Shown in pieces: positions 25,905-34,560 of a stretch of 64,000 nucleotides of DNA. The notes beneath the pieces are model-generated. The model worked only from the letters and a program-made list of their open reading frames with translations, made no database searches and was not told where the DNA came from. Source of the DNA: a virus (taxonomy: Duplodnaviria > Caudoviricetes); IMG/VR virus record IMGVR_UViG_3300035703_000043, positions 1 to 64,000 of that record; one strand, 5' to 3'. Within the stretch, counting starts at the first letter, position 1. Each line of letters starts with the position of its first letter. A program made the position numbers and the translations under genes.

Positions 25905-26052
25905 TAGAATTAATTTTGCCTTGATGCAGTTCCATAAATATTCATTAACTGAGATTGAAAATATGATGCCCTGGGAAAGGGACATTTACTTAGCACTTTT
26001 ACAGCAACATATTGAAGAAGAAAAATTAAAACAGCAGCAACAAAATGGTTAG
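25876..26052 (+). CDS. gp51: Baseplate hub assembly catalyst gp51 (short cyanophage form)
   Basis: YFRINFALMQFHKYSLTEIENMMPWERDIY; missed by the ORF track. Confidence 0.88.
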   Translation: MAYMELESYFRINFALMQFHKYSLTEIENMMPWERDIYLALLQQHIEEEKLKQQQQNG

Positions 26053-27691
26053 TTCTGTTCTTAGACCAGAAAAAATAGTAGGAAGACAGAATACAAATAG
26101 AGCAGCAGCACAGAATTTTATTTCAGGTGGTTCTGTACTTGGTGCTTCTGTTATTAATGGTGCTGCAAATAAAATTGTAGGTTTTCAAAGAGCAGGAGTT
26201 CAACCAGCAGCTCCAGCAATAGATAGCATCGTAAGTACAATATCTACAAATATTAATAATAATTTAACAAGTGTAATTAATAACACACTTCAAGGATTTT
26301 CTGCTGATTATCAAAAAAGAATAAAACAAGTAGATGATGCAAAACCAATTGGTATTCTTGGTAAGTTTTTAAATGTTTATAAGACTGCTTTAGGTTTTAT
26401 AAACTTCTTTGGTAATAAAAAAAATATTAATAAAGTAAGAGATAATTTAGAGGCACTTAAAAAATCATTTACTGAAAGTTTTGAGGTTGCAAAATTAATT
26501 CGTCAAGTTATAATCAAAATTGTAAAGCAATTATCCAATCTTCCTGTTGCTTCTTCTTCTGGTGGTGGAGGGCTAAATCTTGATGTTGATATTCCTGGTG
26601 GTGGGTTGAAAAAATCTGCTCCAAGAGGACTTGGAGGAATGATGAAGAGCAAAGGAAAAATGCTTGCTCTTGGTGCTGGTGCATTAGGATTAGGTGCTGC
26701 CGGTGCTGGTGTTGTGAATGCACTTTCTGATAGTCCACAGGAACAAGTTGCAGGAGCATCACCAGAAATTTCCGGTGATACGATTGATAGATTTTCTTCA
26801 ATTGTTGATAGATTTGCAAATGCGATTAGTAACTTATTCAAAACAGGAAAACCAAAACAACAACCTCCTGGTTCTTCTGCTGGTAGTGGTGTGGCAAAAC
26901 CACCAGCACCACCTAAACCTCCTGGACCACCTCCCGGACCAACTCAACTTATTCAAGGAAATGCTCCAACAGAAATGAAATCTTTGATGGATATGATTGC
27001 TTCTCCAGAATCTGGTGGCAATTATGAAGCTATGTATCCAGGAACTACATTACCTGGTGCAACAGAAATGACGATTACAGAAGTTGCAAAAAAAGCAACT
27101 GGTCCAGTTGGAAGATATCAACATAAACCAGAATATTTAGAAGAAAGGGCTAAAGCAGTTGGATTGGACCCAAAGACTGCTAAGTTTACTCCTGAAAATC
27201 AAAATTTAATTACAAGAGGTCATATATCAAGTCTTTTTACTGGAGGGGAACAAGCAGTAGTTGAAAAATTAAAAAAAGATCCATCATCAATTAAAAAAGA
27301 ATTAGAAAAGTCTACTTATACTGGACTACAAAAATACGGTTCTAATTTTAATCAACTATTTAATCAAAGAATGCAGCAATATGCTAAAGTACCATCGGCA
27401 CCAGTTCTTCCATCATCAGCACAAGTAGCAGCAGCACCAACAGCAACACAAATGAGACAAAAAATCGCACAGCAAGTAGCACAACCACCACCATCACAAC
27501 AGCAACAACAACCTATTGTGATGCCGATTGATATGAGTGGTGCAACACAACAACAAACTGGAGGTGGTGGTGTGAGTGCTCCTCCTTCAACACAAAGAAA
27601 TGGTCCATCGGTTCCATTGTTACCAGCAGCAAATACAGATAATTTCTTGGTTCTTTATTCCAGAATGGTCTATAATATCGTTGACGGGTAA
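26045..27691 (+). CDS. Hub/tape-measure-like virion protein with lambda-lysozyme-like domain
   Basis: Helical N-terminus, Gly/Ala stretch, IASPESGGNY...GRYQ...FTPENQ, Q/P-rich tail. Confidence 0.7.
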   Translation: MVSSVLRPEKIVGRQNTNRAAAQNFISGGSVLGASVINGAANKIVGFQRAGVQPAAPAIDSIVSTISTNINNNLTSVINNTLQGFSADYQKRIKQVDDAKPIGILGKFLNVYKTALGFINFFGNKKNINKVRDNLEALKKSFTESFEVAKLIRQVIIKIVKQLSNLPVASSSGGGGLNLDVDIPGGGLKKSAPRGLGGMMKSKGKMLALGAGALGLGAAGAGVVNALSDSPQEQVAGASPEISGDTIDRFSSIVDRFANAISNLFKTGKPKQQPPGSSAGSGVAKPPAPPKPPGPPPGPTQLIQGNAPTEMKSLMDMIASPESGGNYEAMYPGTTLPGATEMTITEVAKKATGPVGRYQHKPEYLEERAKAVGLDPKTAKFTPENQNLITRGHISSLFTGGEQAVVEKLKKDPSSIKKELEKSTYTGLQKYGSNFNQLFNQRMQQYAKVPSAPVLPSSAQVAAAPTATQMRQKIAQQVAQPPPSQQQQQPIVMPIDMSGATQQQTGGGGVSAPPSTQRNGPSVPLLPAANTDNFLVLYSRMVYNIVDG

Positions 27692-29409
27692 TGAAAACAC
27701 TTTCTTCTCCATTAGTTGCTGCAGCAAATAATATTGTTTCACTTGGTGTTAGGTCAAATTCATTACCAAAGTTTCAACGTGAATATATTAATTTTGGTAA
27801 ATTTTTAGAAGTAGAAAAAAGGTCATTAGAAAAATTAAAATTACCAGAAAAGAGAAAAATAAGTGCTCTTGCCAATTTAAATATTGCAAGCACTTTTGGA
27901 AAACCAGGAAATCTATTAGGTTCTTTGTTTAGTGGAGCATTAGACCTTGCTGGATTTGTTGGCAATATGTTTCCAGGTAGAGGAAAATTTGGAAAACCAC
28001 AAAGACCCACAAATGTAAAACCACCAAAACCAACACTTAGTGGACCACGATTGAAATTAGGTGGTATGAGAGCAGTTGGTGTTGGTAATGCACTATTTGC
28101 TGGACTTGATTTTGCGACTGGTCTTGCGGAAGGTGAAAGTGTAGGAAAAGCAGCAGCAGGAGCAAGTGGAGCACTTGCTGGTGGATTACTTGGTGGAGCA
28201 ATCGGGCAAGCACTTATCCCAATTCCAGGTGTTGGATTTGTTGTTGGAAATATGGCTGGAAGTTTTCTTGGTGGATTTGCTGCGGATAGATTTTATGAGG
28301 GAGGAAGTTCTCTCAAACAAAAACTTGAACAAAGATTAAAAGGACAAGAAGCAAAACAAAAAGGTATTGTTTCTGGTCTTACATTTAAGGATACAATAGA
28401 TAAGTTTGATGCTGCTGTAAGTAGATTTGAGAAAGGTGTTGCGATGGGATTGTTTGGAAGTGTTTCTCAACAAACAGAACAACCAACTGGTTATGATGAA
28501 GAAATATCTGCTGATGAAATGCCACCCCCACCAGATGAACCAACTGGTCCAATAAGTTATGGTAGTGGAAATGCCGAATTCGGGGAAACTGGAAATGTAA
28601 GTAATTCACCTGGATGGGTTCACGGACATTTTCAAGGTTCAAGTGCAGGAAGTGTTGTTAGAGATACAACGATGACTGTGAAAGCATTATTGCAACAAGG
28701 TTCTCCTGTATATTTAAATCCTGGTGTTGATTTGGTTCCAGGAAAAAAATATAGTGATGAAGAAATAAAGAATTATGTTGAAGGTGCAAGACAAGCACAC
28801 ACACACAGTGGAACTGGAAAATCAATTGATGTTTTTGTGAAGAAGGGAACAAAGGTTCCTATTTCCCTCACACAAGTTGGACCTACTGGAAGTGATTATG
28901 GTGGGTATGGAAGAGGAGGAATTGCTGGATATATTCAAGGAACTGATACTTGGATAGGACACTTAAATCCAAACTCTAAATCTGGATTAGCACAAAAAAA
29001 AGGAGAAATTAAAGGAACAGAAGCATCAAACATGGATCTGGCAATCCAAGATAATAACAAACCACAATCACAAGTGACACAACCAACATCAACATCAACA
29101 CCATCAGCATCATCACAAATGATGCAAGTTCCACAAATGTCTTCTATGGTTGCAGCAGCACCAACAAATCTTCAAGTTCCACCACAAAATATTCAGTATT
29201 ATACTTCATACAATCAAGCAGGTGGTGGTGCTTCTGTGATTATGCCTATTCTGATGGGTGGAGGTGGTGGAGGACAACAAAAACCAGTCTTCATTCCTGT
29301 TGGAGGAGGTGAAGGTGGTGGAACTGTGATTATGCCTGGTCCAGATGAAGGACAACTGGTAAATAGTCTTATGAAAACCATATTACTTACTAATCTGTCA
29401 GCAAGCTAA
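27691..29409 (+). CDS. Hub/tape-measure-like virion protein with M23-like peptidase motifs
   Basis: GA-rich tape-measure-like segment; GETG...HGHF and H.G...ID...GTKV...GHL motifs. Confidence 0.65.
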   Translation: MKTLSSPLVAAANNIVSLGVRSNSLPKFQREYINFGKFLEVEKRSLEKLKLPEKRKISALANLNIASTFGKPGNLLGSLFSGALDLAGFVGNMFPGRGKFGKPQRPTNVKPPKPTLSGPRLKLGGMRAVGVGNALFAGLDFATGLAEGESVGKAAAGASGALAGGLLGGAIGQALIPIPGVGFVVGNMAGSFLGGFAADRFYEGGSSLKQKLEQRLKGQEAKQKGIVSGLTFKDTIDKFDAAVSRFEKGVAMGLFGSVSQQTEQPTGYDEEISADEMPPPPDEPTGPISYGSGNAEFGETGNVSNSPGWVHGHFQGSSAGSVVRDTTMTVKALLQQGSPVYLNPGVDLVPGKKYSDEEIKNYVEGARQAHTHSGTGKSIDVFVKKGTKVPISLTQVGPTGSDYGGYGRGGIAGYIQGTDTWIGHLNPNSKSGLAQKKGEIKGTEASNMDLAIQDNNKPQSQVTQPTSTSTPSASSQMMQVPQMSSMVAAAPTNLQVPPQNIQYYTSYNQAGGGASVIMPILMGGGGGGQQKPVFIPVGGGEGGGTVIMPGPDEGQLVNSLMKTILLTNLSAS

Positions 29410-30722
29410 TGTCACAATCTGTAGCAGCATTTAAACCAAATTATTTCATTATACAATCATTGGATGGTAGTAAAAAAATTGATATTACCAATTCCTTGTT
29501 GTTTTTTGATTATTTTGAAGATATTTTATCACCTTGTGTAACTGCTACTGCACAAATAATTAATAGCACAAGTCTATTCAATCTTTTGCCAATTCGTGGT
29601 GGAGAAAAAGTTTCTATTAGTGTTGATACTGCATTTGGTGAGTTTTTATTTGATGGTGATAATGCTTTTTATGTTTATAAGGTTAGTAATCTTGATGCTC
29701 AAAAATCAAGTGAGATGTTTACTTTGCACTTAGTTTCTCGTGAAGGTTTAACAAATGATACTGTTAGATGCGAAAGAAAATATGCAGGAAATATTCAGAC
29801 TACAGTAACCAAAATTTTAAAGGATGTATTAAAAACTAAAAAGTTTAAAAGTGAAAATATAGAATCAACATCAAACGAATTTTCTTTTATTGGAAATAAT
29901 AGAAAACCATTTCACGTTTTGACTTGGTTAGGTCCAAAAGCAGTTCCTGCAAACGGGCAAAATTCGGGAACATCTGGGGGTGAAAGTAGTGGAATAGCAA
30001 AGGGAACTGCTGGATTTTTATTTTATGAGAATAAAGATGGTTTTAATTTTAGAAGTATTGACAGTTTAGTATCAAGCACTCAAATACAAAATAATAGTGC
30101 CGATAAGGAGTCAATATATAGTTATCAGTATGCTCCAATAATTGAGAGCAATAATGTAGAAACAAATTTTAGAATTTTAAATTATAAGTATGAAAAGAAT
30201 ATTGACCTGATGAAAGCATTGAGAGTTGGTATGTACTCAAATAAAACATATTATTTTGATTTGTATTCAAGTACTTTAGATATTTACAAATACACAGTAA
30301 AGGATCAAGTCAAGAATAAATTAGGTGCTTCTAAAAGTATTGCTGTATCTGAAGAATTTGGAGATAGTATTAGTAGAATTATGTTTAAAGCTTCCGATAG
30401 AGGAAACTTGAATAATGATGGAACGATAAGTGGTAAGTCTAGAAGTGGTGCTGATATGTCAATGTCTTATTCTAGATATAATTTATTGTTTACTCAGGCA
30501 CTAAATATGGTTATACCTTGCAACATAAGATTGAAAGTTGGAGATATTATAAAGGCACAGTTTCCAAGAATCACAAGAACAGACAATAAAGAAGCAGATG
30601 ACGAACAGAGTGGAAACTACTTGATTAAAGAATTAAGACATCATTTTGAAGGAAACCAAATGGTTACAAGTGTAAAACTAATTCGTGATAGTTACGGTCT
30701 TTACGGTCCTCAAAACGGGTAA
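29409..30722 (+). CDS. Baseplate hub protein (gp27-like)
   Basis: YFEDILSP, LPIRGGEKV, FLFYENKDGFNFRSID, SGNYLIKELRH...LIRDS. Confidence 0.75.
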   Translation: MSQSVAAFKPNYFIIQSLDGSKKIDITNSLLFFDYFEDILSPCVTATAQIINSTSLFNLLPIRGGEKVSISVDTAFGEFLFDGDNAFYVYKVSNLDAQKSSEMFTLHLVSREGLTNDTVRCERKYAGNIQTTVTKILKDVLKTKKFKSENIESTSNEFSFIGNNRKPFHVLTWLGPKAVPANGQNSGTSGGESSGIAKGTAGFLFYENKDGFNFRSIDSLVSSTQIQNNSADKESIYSYQYAPIIESNNVETNFRILNYKYEKNIDLMKALRVGMYSNKTYYFDLYSSTLDIYKYTVKDQVKNKLGASKSIAVSEEFGDSISRIMFKASDRGNLNNDGTISGKSRSGADMSMSYSRYNLLFTQALNMVIPCNIRLKVGDIIKAQFPRITRTDNKEADDEQSGNYLIKELRHHFEGNQMVTSVKLIRDSYGLYGPQNG

Positions 30723-30727
30723 GAAAA

Positions 30728-30937
30728 ATGAATTTACAACAATTCATACATAATATAAATGATGAATTAGGAAATTCATCATTAAATAAACAAAGAAAAA
30801 GATACTTAGAAGCACATTTGGAAGAACTTTTGGAATATCAAAAGAACAATCCAAATAATACTTTAATACCAAATGCATTAGAACTATTTTGCGATTTAAA
30901 CCCAAACGCACTGGAGTGTAGAATTTACGATGATTGA
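30728..30937 (+). CDS. cp12: CP12 Calvin-cycle inhibitor (cyanophage type)
   Basis: C-terminal LELFCDLNPNALECRIYDD; no N-terminal Cys pair. Confidence 0.88.
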   Translation: MNLQQFIHNINDELGNSSLNKQRKRYLEAHLEELLEYQKNNPNNTLIPNALELFCDLNPNALECRIYDD

Positions 30938-33143
30938 AGAGGCTTTATTGAAATCCAATTACATTGGTAAAGATGGTTTTTATTGGTGGATTGGGCAAGT
31001 AGCAAATCAAAACTCTTGGAAAAGTAAATCTCAGTTTTCGGAGGAAAAGGGTTCTGATGGTAAAGTGTGGGCAGCAAGATGTAAGGTAAGAATTGTTGGT
31101 CATCATACTTTTGATGGTAATGTTCTTCCTGATGATGATTTGCCTTGGGCACAGATTATGATGGACCCTGCTTTTGGAAGTGGGCAAGGTGGTATGGGGG
31201 CAACAATAAATTTAAAGGGTGGTGAGACTTGCTTTGGATTTTTTATTGACGGAGATGACGCACAACAACCGGTTATAATGGGTCTTCTTCATCGTAGTGA
31301 TGGAGTTAAGAATTTAATCAGTGAAGATGTAATAGCAAAGGAAAAAAGTTCTCAATTTAAACCATTTACTGGTCACCCTGGAAATAATATCCCATCAACT
31401 CAAAGAAGTCATAGAAAAGATAAGGAAATTAATCCAGAAAATCCACAGGCAGAAACTTCTCCACTATCTGCAAAAGATAAGGTAGATATTGCTTTTAATC
31501 CTACTGTCGGTTTTTATACTGGAACCTCTCGTGTTTTTCCTCAATATGGAGATAGACTTCAATTTGATGCATCATCTATATGGCAAGTTGCGAAAAAAGC
31601 AGACATAGAAATTACAATACCAAGTGGTTGCCAGAATGGATTGATAGGTGATATTACACAAGGTCTTCAGGACTTTATGGCAATTACAAATGGATTGGAT
31701 AAGTATTTGAATGTTTATGTAGATACGGTATTAAATGAAATCGTAGATATAGGAAATCAAATCCGTAAGACTGCACGGTCAATACTTGGAATTGTAAAAC
31801 TGATTATCAATAATCTAAGAAATACAATTATGAAATGTATTACTTGGGCATTTAGAAAATTAGTTGGACTTATTATTCCGCAACCACAACAAAAAATTGT
31901 TCTGGAAGCAATGAAAAAAATTCTTGATATAATTTTTTGTATCCTGGAAAAACTCCCAGCAAGTCTTTTGGATTTTATTACAAATGCTTTACGAGATTTG
32001 GTAGATAGGACATTAAATGTTCCTCTTTGTGCAGCAGAACAATGGACTGCAGGGATTCTTGCCAAATTAATGAATGCAATTGAGGATGCATTATCTGGAA
32101 TAATGTCTGGTATTAGTTGGTTAACTGGGGGATTGGGAACAATTTCTGGAATCTTAAATCAGGCAAGTTCATTGGCATCGCAAATTTTTAGCTTTCTTGA
32201 ATGTACTGGACTTGCGTGTAAGCAACCTCATACTTGGGCAGCAAAATTCGGACCAAGTGAAAAGGAAGCAGATGACTGGAAAAAAATGGTTAGTAGTGTT
32301 AATGTGTTTAAAGATGCTGCTAAAGCAGGAAGTTCAATAGAGGATGCTCTTCGTGATACTCCTTTATATTCTGCGACTGATACTTTTGGTGCTGGATTTG
32401 GTGGACTGATTGATAGTGCTTTAAGAAATGCATCGTGTGCTTCTAAAGTCATCAACCCAACCAATCAAGATGATTTAATGAGAATGCCGATTGGAAGTAG
32501 ATGGAAAACTTGCATACCTCCACAAGTTTATATCACTGGTAATGGAGTTGGTGCTAAAGCAATCCCAATAGTTGGGGATAATAATAAAATTTTATCTATT
32601 GAAATACTCAATAGAGGTGTTGGTTATATAAACGGTACAACGGATATAAGAATTGTTGATAAAAGTAATTATGGTTTAGGTGCGATTGCAGAAGTTGAAG
32701 TTAATGAAAATGATGGTGGTATTGATAAAGTTATAATTTTAAATTCTGGTAATGGTTATTGTAAAGGTAATGTTGGTCTTGGCACGACTGTAGTTGGTCT
32801 TGGGACAACTGCACCTGGAATAAGTTCTTCCATAACAGGAATAGTTACTGATATTATAGTAAAATCACCAGGATATGGATATACGACTGGTGATACAGTC
32901 ACTGATGGTAAAAATACTTATACACCAATTGTTACTCCTGAAAGTGGGGCAATTGTAGATGTCTCTCTCCCAACGAATATTGTGGGAGGATTCAATAGCA
33001 TCCCAGTATTGACTATAAATACCAACACGGGAGTAGGTGCAGAACTCATAGCAGTTATGAAATATACTCCAAATTATGTTTCAACAACTGGAATTTCAGC
33101 AGTATCTGGAATAGCAGTAACTTCAGTGATAGATTGCGTATGA
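30930..33143 (+). CDS. gp5: gp5 baseplate hub protein, N-terminal OB-fold part
   Basis: GKDGFYWWIGQV, RCKVRIVGHH, DDDLPWA, GFFIDG..AQQPVIMG. Confidence 0.85.
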   Translation: MIEEALLKSNYIGKDGFYWWIGQVANQNSWKSKSQFSEEKGSDGKVWAARCKVRIVGHHTFDGNVLPDDDLPWAQIMMDPAFGSGQGGMGATINLKGGETCFGFFIDGDDAQQPVIMGLLHRSDGVKNLISEDVIAKEKSSQFKPFTGHPGNNIPSTQRSHRKDKEINPENPQAETSPLSAKDKVDIAFNPTVGFYTGTSRVFPQYGDRLQFDASSIWQVAKKADIEITIPSGCQNGLIGDITQGLQDFMAITNGLDKYLNVYVDTVLNEIVDIGNQIRKTARSILGIVKLIINNLRNTIMKCITWAFRKLVGLIIPQPQQKIVLEAMKKILDIIFCILEKLPASLLDFITNALRDLVDRTLNVPLCAAEQWTAGILAKLMNAIEDALSGIMSGISWLTGGLGTISGILNQASSLASQIFSFLECTGLACKQPHTWAAKFGPSEKEADDWKKMVSSVNVFKDAAKAGSSIEDALRDTPLYSATDTFGAGFGGLIDSALRNASCASKVINPTNQDDLMRMPIGSRWKTCIPPQVYITGNGVGAKAIPIVGDNNKILSIEILNRGVGYINGTTDIRIVDKSNYGLGAIAEVEVNENDGGIDKVIILNSGNGYCKGNVGLGTTVVGLGTTAPGISSSITGIVTDIIVKSPGYGYTTGDTVTDGKNTYTPIVTPESGAIVDVSLPTNIVGGFNSIPVLTINTNTGVGAELIAVMKYTPNYVSTTGISAVSGIAVTSVIDCV

Positions 33144-33709
33144 CAACCCCAGACCCACATTTAAGGCAAACTGACCATTTTATAGAAGCTTGTGGAGTAG
33201 ATAGTCCCCATAATGGAAAGATAGATTATTCTTGCACAACAAAAAAAGGACAAGGACACATTTTCTATGAAAATGGAGATTTGGATATTGTTAATGACAA
33301 AACATCAAAGGAAGTTTGTGGTAGAAAAATAACAAATGAAAATGAACCTGCAAAAATTATTCGTGCTGAAAATGGAGGAATAATTTTATCAGCACCAAAT
33401 GGAACTGTGACAATTGTTGCTGCAAACATTCGTTTTGTCGCTGTTGACGGTGGAGATGGTGGAGAGATTACTTTCCAAGCATCTAAAATAATTAATCAAG
33501 ATTCACCAACAAATAATACACAAGGAACAAATATAACATCTGCAGCATCACAAAATGCATCTGTTACAGGAAGTACCGCAAATCTTAGTGGAAATACACA
33601 GGCAGAAGTTCAATCAGGAATAGATTCTGATAAGTCATCAGTTTTGGGTAAAATATTGGATGCAATTACAAAATTTAAAAATTTCTTTAACTCAATTTGT
33701 TCTGGATAA
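33140..33709 (+). CDS. gp5 C-terminal-like beta-helix/spike protein
   Basis: AENGGIILSAPNGTVTI.AANI repeats; ATGA overlap with gp5. Confidence 0.55.
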   Translation: MTTPDPHLRQTDHFIEACGVDSPHNGKIDYSCTTKKGQGHIFYENGDLDIVNDKTSKEVCGRKITNENEPAKIIRAENGGIILSAPNGTVTIVAANIRFVAVDGGDGGEITFQASKIINQDSPTNNTQGTNITSAASQNASVTGSTANLSGNTQAEVQSGIDSDKSSVLGKILDAITKFKNFFNSICSG

Positions 33710-33724
33710 TCCTGGAGGAAAGTA

Positions 33725-34558
33725 ATGGCAGATTTTACAATTGTTAATGCTGCGGAAAAATTAATTGTAGGACAATTGGATATGTCCTTTTTAACTGCTA
33801 CTGATAAACTCACTCCAGGAACTGCAGTTATTAATGGTCCTTGTTACATTGGTTTGACTCCACAGATAGGTGTTGCGAGAGCAACTTGTATGATTGGTCC
33901 ACCATTGCCTGGTCTTTCTGTCCCTGCTTCTCTTGAAGTTACTGGAATTACAAATTTCGTTGGAATCACAAACACTACAGGAGTTTTAAATGATTTAGCA
34001 TTATCAAATGTTTTTGGGTTTACAAATAAAATTGGAGCAGAAATTCAAGCAGCATTCAAAGCAATTTTTGGGGTAAAAACAAATAATTCGGTACAAATTA
34101 CCAATGGACCAAAATCTTGTTCCGCAGTAGCAACAACACCTCTTTTGAGAGCAGATGTTGGTAGATTTGGGACTTGTCAGGCTGATTTGGGAATATTTTC
34201 TTCTGTTGCTGCACCTTTCAAGCAATTTGATATTCCTCATCCAAATAAAAAAGGAATGAGACTAAGACACGCTTGCATTGAAGGTCCAGAAGTTGGAGTA
34301 TATTATCGTGGAAGATTGGTAGATTCAAATGTAATTGATTTACCAGAATATTGGAGAGGTTTGGTGAATGCAGAAACAATTACTGTTTCACTGACACCAC
34401 ATACATTTTATCAAGAGTTATATGTTAAAAATATTGAATGGGGATGCAAAATCAATATAGTAAATAATGCTGGTGGTTCAATTGACTGTAGTTATGTTGT
34501 TTATGCTGAAAGAAACGACGTAGAAAAATTAGAAATAGAGTATAAAGAAGAATCGTAA
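33725..34558 (+). CDS. Virion protein with C-terminal chaperone-like domain
   Basis: KQFDIPHP....RLRHACIEGPE.GVYYRG...LPEYW. Confidence 0.65.
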   Translation: MADFTIVNAAEKLIVGQLDMSFLTATDKLTPGTAVINGPCYIGLTPQIGVARATCMIGPPLPGLSVPASLEVTGITNFVGITNTTGVLNDLALSNVFGFTNKIGAEIQAAFKAIFGVKTNNSVQITNGPKSCSAVATTPLLRADVGRFGTCQADLGIFSSVAAPFKQFDIPHPNKKGMRLRHACIEGPEVGVYYRGRLVDSNVIDLPEYWRGLVNAETITVSLTPHTFYQELYVKNIEWGCKINIVNNAGGSIDCSYVVYAERNDVEKLEIEYKEES

Positions 34559-34560
34559 TT

